DNA of 64,000 nucleotides from assembly GCA_965226495.1 (NCBI GenBank), contig OZ245365.1, positions 3,200,001-3,264,000 of the forward strand. The letters run 5' to 3'. This DNA comes from Candidatus Marinacidobacterales bacterium (lineage in GTDB: Bacteria > Acidobacteriota > Vicinamibacteria > Marinacidobacterales > DATDRI01). A program made the translations under genes and the position numbers. The notes under the pieces were generated by a model. That model made no database searches. It worked only from the letters and a program-made list of their open reading frames with translations, and had not been told where the DNA came from. Below, piece by piece: positions 60,600 to 64,000 of this stretch. The first letter of the stretch is position 1. Each line of letters starts with the position of its first letter.

Positions 60600-60629
60600 T
60601 TGAAAAGTCGAACGGCAGACTCCTATAAT
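60600..60629 (+). promoter_or_regulatory. Sigma-70-like promoter (candidate cassette promoter Pc)
   Basis: TTGAAA-N18-TATAAT pointing into the cassette array. Confidence 0.5.
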
Positions 60630-60759
60630 CCGCCGAACGGCCACGCGGGTATATTTGTATATCCAGACCCACCAGACGCGGCATATCCCGGGGCAGGAAA
60701 CAACGGATCATGCCCAACACGAATAGTCTGAGTTACATGAACGAAGACACCCACGCTGC

Positions 60760-60828
60760 GATATCCAATACCTGGACCGGCTTGGATGTGCTATCGAATT
60801 ATCCAGATCTAGATACTTACTGTTCGGC
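60760..60828 (+). mobile_element. Candidate attI-like site / start of the first gene cassette
   Basis: GTTCGGCGG (60822-60830) is the exact reverse complement of CCGCCGAAC opening attC1; TATCCA direct repeats at 60660, 60762 and 60800. Confidence 0.5.
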
Positions 60829-60840
60829 GGGCATTGCTTG

Positions 60841-61230
60841 ATGTACAAGACACTCAGCTTTCAGTATGCCGGGGCGCTAGATTGGGAGTATGACGAGACT
60901 GGGGAGCCGGTAACTCCGGGCGGCAGGGCGCTCACGGAGAGGATTGCTGCCTCTTTGACGTGCGAGACGGTACGGTCCGCGGCGGTCGAACAACACGAGT
61001 ACTACGGATGGGGTTTTACCAGCGAACTCGGACGAGATTCCTTCTACAACGTGCTTAATGCGGTGGACCCAGACGTCTTCTTCACGGTCAAAATGGAATG
61101 GTATCTAGCGAAGAAAACACTGTTTCGCTCCCCAGAGATAGCTTTGAAGCGATATTGCCAGATTCTGCGCGATGCTGTTTCCTCTCTCGACGGAGTCAGC
61201 GAGGTGAAGTGGGAGGAACAACGCCGTTGA
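60841..61230 (+). CDS. Hypothetical protein, gene cassette 1
   Basis: ORF starts 19 bp after the core GTT and ends 12 bp before attC1. Confidence 0.75.
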   Translation: MYKTLSFQYAGALDWEYDETGEPVTPGGRALTERIAASLTCETVRSAAVEQHEYYGWGFTSELGRDSFYNVLNAVDPDVFFTVKMEWYLAKKTLFRSPEIALKRYCQILRDAVSSLDGVSEVKWEEQRR

Positions 61231-61242
61231 TTTGCGGGAGCC

Positions 61243-61360
61243 GCCGAACAATGCGTTGGAGTCGGACGGCGCCGAGGCTTCTTGGGCGCGTGAGATACTG
61301 CCGCAGGGGGGCGGTGTCGGCGGCGCTCCAGCCGCGCCGCCACTCAACGCACTGTTATAC
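61243..61360 (+). mobile_element. Integron attC site 1
   Basis: R'' GCCGAAC; L'' GTTGGAGT pairs with L' ACTCAAC with one extrahelical G; inner GGCGC/GCGCC stem; R' GTTATAC; 118 bp. Confidence 0.85.
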
Positions 61361-61594
61361 AGGCGATTTCAACGGAACCATCAAAGCTTTGCTGAGAATC
61401 CCGCCGGGGCCCAGATAAGTGGCCGTCGAGCGAAAGGACGCTCGAGGTATTTCCTAGTGCACAATGGGCACCGATCGTGCCATCAGCGCGTTAACTCCAT
61501 GTCTCACGACGTGATACGACAGCCCGACTGATACACAATCAGTAGGTGTGCAGCGTCGAGCTCCCGTGAATGTCGCTTACCGAATCGGGCGGCC

Positions 61595-63120
61595 TTAATC
61601 CTGGCCTGTCGAGAACGACAGCAACTCCTCCGGTTTTCTGGGAACGCCTCCCTTGATCACCCACTCGATGGCTCGAGCGTTCCGGACGTCCTCTAGCGGA
61701 TTGGCGCTCAAGACGACTAGATCTGCTAGCTTACCCGGCTCGATGCTGCCAATTTCATTGTCCACTCCCAAGGCGATAGCTCCCCCGTAGGTTGCCGCCA
61801 CCAGGACCTCGGCCGGGCTCAGACCCGCCTCCTGGAGGAACTGCATTTCGAGATGCGAGCCGATGCCGACCGGACCTGCGTCGGATCCGAGAGCAACGGT
61901 GACACCTCGGGCCTGAGCCTCGCGCGTGTTCTCTTGCAGGTGCTCCCACAACGTGGCTAGGGCCGGAGGCAGTCCGGGGAATCGAGAGGTCGCGCCGGAC
62001 GCAGCGTTCGCTCTTTGCTCGTACCGCGCCAGCTCACTGTCGGAGAGTCTCCTTTTGAAGTTCTCATCCGATAGGATGCGTTTCGCGTAGGCTTGCTGGT
62101 CTCCATTAGCAAGAATCACCAGGTGCGTCGGTGTCCAGACGATGTTTCGCACGCGCATCTCTTCCCACGTCGGAGGAATCAGCAGCTTAACCGAGCGCGG
62201 GGAACCGTACGGAGATTTGACAGGAAAATTAAGACTTGACCGTCCGGGGAATCGAGTCGCGCCGGACCAGCGTTCGCTCTTTTCGTACCGCGCCAGCTCC
62301 ATGTTCTCATCAGGAGTTTCGCGCTTGCTGGCTCCGGAATCACCAAGAACACGCGCATCTCTTCCCAGAGTTTCTCGTCCACCTCCGAGTCCATTGTTCC
62401 ATGCATCAAGGCGTTGGCTCCGGCAAGAACGGCCTCTCGAGTGTCGGCGAGCTGCGTGACATGAACATAGACCCTCATGTCCAATGTTCTAGCTTCATCG
62501 ACCAGGGCGGAAAAGACCTCTGCTCGAAGCCGCGGCACCTTCTTCGAACCCATCCAGAGGACACCGTCGTCCTGAATGATCTTGATCTGCCGGAATCCCT
62601 GGTCCTTGCATTTCCTAACCATCCGTCGGGCAGCGTCGGCCGTGTGCGGTTTGAAGAGCTCCAGTCCCGGCATGACATTCTGCGGAAACCCGCCGCTGAA
62701 AAACGGGCTCATGTGAAGGCGGGGAGAGAGAGTCTTGGGCGATTGCGATCGCGCTTCCAGCTGGCGGGGATCGTCCGGGAGAGACCCGGGCATCAAGTGG
62801 ATGGTGGTGAATCCCATGGCCAAATACGTTTGAAGCGCCTCCTCGGAGCTGGAGTGCGTGTGGACATCCACAAATCCCGGGACGACCCACTTTTGCTTCC
62901 CATCGATGACCCGCGCGCCCTCCGGTATCGTAATGCTCCCCTCACTGCCGACGGCGAGCACGCGGTCGCCTTCGAGGACGATGACCGCATCAGCCTGCAG
63001 CACCCCCGTCTTCCCATCGATCAAGTTCGTGGGCGAGATGACCACTCTTCGCGCCTGGCCGATCGCCAGGATAGCGGAAGCATGCGCGAGGAATAACACA
63101 AGAGCAAGGACCCTTTTCAT
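61595..63120 (-). pseudogene. Exported amidohydrolase family protein in cassette 2, interrupted by a 200-bp degenerate duplication
   Basis: VPGFVDVHTH, IKI, VYVH, MHG, GSDAG and GSIEPGKLADLVVL; WEEMRV occurs in both ORF halves; 18-bp direct repeat at 62150 and 62350. Confidence 0.8.
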
Positions 63121-63290
63121 GCAGCACCTTCCTAGTTTCATGCGGTGGCGCCGACCGCCCGGCCGACTCCGACCACCGCTCGTTCTAGCCTGGAATCTAG
63201 TCGTTCGACAGGTGGGATTCAAACGGCTTGGGTGTGCGGGATTGCGCCACCTCAGGGGAAGGCAAAGCTGGCAATGGTGAAGCCAGAGCT

Positions 63291-63396
63291 GTATAACAGC
63301 CGCTGGAGGCGACGGCCGACTTTTCCTGATTCAACGACCGAATCAGCTTTACGCTATCTTCAACGAAGTCGGCCGCAGCTCAGCTTTTCGTTAGGC
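63291..63396 (+). mobile_element. Integron attC site 2
   Basis: R'' GTATAAC; GCTGGAG pairs with CTCAGC with an extra G; GGCCGACTT/AAGTCGGCC stem; R' GTTAGGC; 106 bp. CTGTATAAC complements GTTATACAG at 61354. Confidence 0.85.
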
Positions 63397-63405
63397 AGTC
63401 GAAGA

Positions 63406-63816
63406 ATGAATGAGGGTCGCACGGTAGCTTGGGTTGGAACCGCGATCGTCGTCGTGCACGGGCTAGTCAACGCAGCACACGCGACGGCTCATTCGGAACT
63501 AGGCGTCGAAATGTCGAAGTGGCAGGAAACCTTTATTCTGGTCGTCATTGGTCTGAGTCCCCTTGCAGCCGCGGTGCTTCTTTGGACGGCCCACGCACGG
63601 TTAGGCGCGGTCATCCTTGCCGGCGCGATGGCGGCGGCATTCGTGTTCGGAGTCTACTATCACTACGTGGCTGTTTCGCCGGACCATGTGGGGCATTTGC
63701 CGCCGGGGGATGCACGTGGCTTGTTTCGAGCAAGTGCTTTGTTTGTTGCTGTTACTCAAGCTCTGGGCACTGTTGTGGGCCTATGGGGTATCCGAACGCT
63801 TCGAGGTGCATCATAG
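63406..63816 (+). CDS. Four-TM His-containing membrane protein, gene cassette 3
   Basis: ATG 16 bp after the G of GTTAGGC; 136 aa; 'HGLVNAAHATAH' and 'YYHYVAVSPDHV'. Confidence 0.75.
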   Translation: MNEGRTVAWVGTAIVVVHGLVNAAHATAHSELGVEMSKWQETFILVVIGLSPLAAAVLLWTAHARLGAVILAGAMAAAFVFGVYYHYVAVSPDHVGHLPPGDARGLFRASALFVAVTQALGTVVGLWGIRTLRGAS

Positions 63817-63840
63817 ATGCTTGTCGTGGCCGAGGAGGTC

Positions 63841-64000
63841 TGTAGTGTCCTGAGTCTTTGGTTACACACTGAGTCCTGTTTTCTGTCTAAGGCGTTCATA
63901 CGGGGTCTGGCCGTCTAAGCCTCCATGAGGTCGATGGTAGTTATAGTACTTCTCCCACTCGCTCAGTTTTGCATTGAATAGGTGAATGTCGTCGCTGACC
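63841..64000 (-). mobile_element. Right end of an IS481-like insertion sequence (transposase C-terminus, truncated by the window)
   Basis: Minus strand reads ...DDIHLFNAKLSEWEKYYNYHRPHGGLDGQTPYERLRQKTGLSV* (stop 63862-63864), then a terminus ending ...CACTACA (TGT end at 63841). Confidence 0.8.

Noticed and set aside
60502-60720. 72-aa minus-strand ORF as an integron integrase remnant
   Set aside because: No tyrosine-recombinase motifs are recognisable.
60630-60830. CCGCCGAAC (60630) pairing with GTTCGGCGG (60822) as another attC
   Set aside because: No L-box complementarity and the span is about 200 bp; treated as part of the attI/promoter region.

Overview
GC-rich bacterial window, probably Acidobacteriota (inferred from the ADOP-type duplicated permease, four Hanks kinases, an ECF sigma/kinase pair and many exported beta-propellers). 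No rRNA, complete tRNA or CRISPR array is visible. Main observations: (1) ORFs 14895-16799 and 13686-14819 are in frame and joined by one UGA, followed 11 nt later by a SECIS-like hairpin. This gives a probable 1037-aa exported selenoprotein (FG-GAP/CRTAC1 + ASPIC-UnbV + CxxC thioredoxin), translationally coupled to a DsbD-N-domain gene. (2) A cbb3-like heme-copper oxidase subunit I keeps its six His ligands but appears to lack the catalytic Tyr. It has no ccoP/ccoQ and is followed by CMD, rhodanese, core methionine-synthase-like and OsmC genes. (3) An integron-type cassette array starts near 60.8 kb, with two attC sites, a candidate promoter/attI, no adjacent integrase, one antisense amidohydrolase cassette and an IS481-like end. 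(4) Two divergent HNH-nuclease modules have positionally conserved leaders. (5) Two paralogous LVIVD + YncE-like propeller pairs each lie head-to-head with MoxR/VWA genes. Two genes are disrupted in ways that could be assembly errors. All family calls come from reading motifs by eye; no searches were run.
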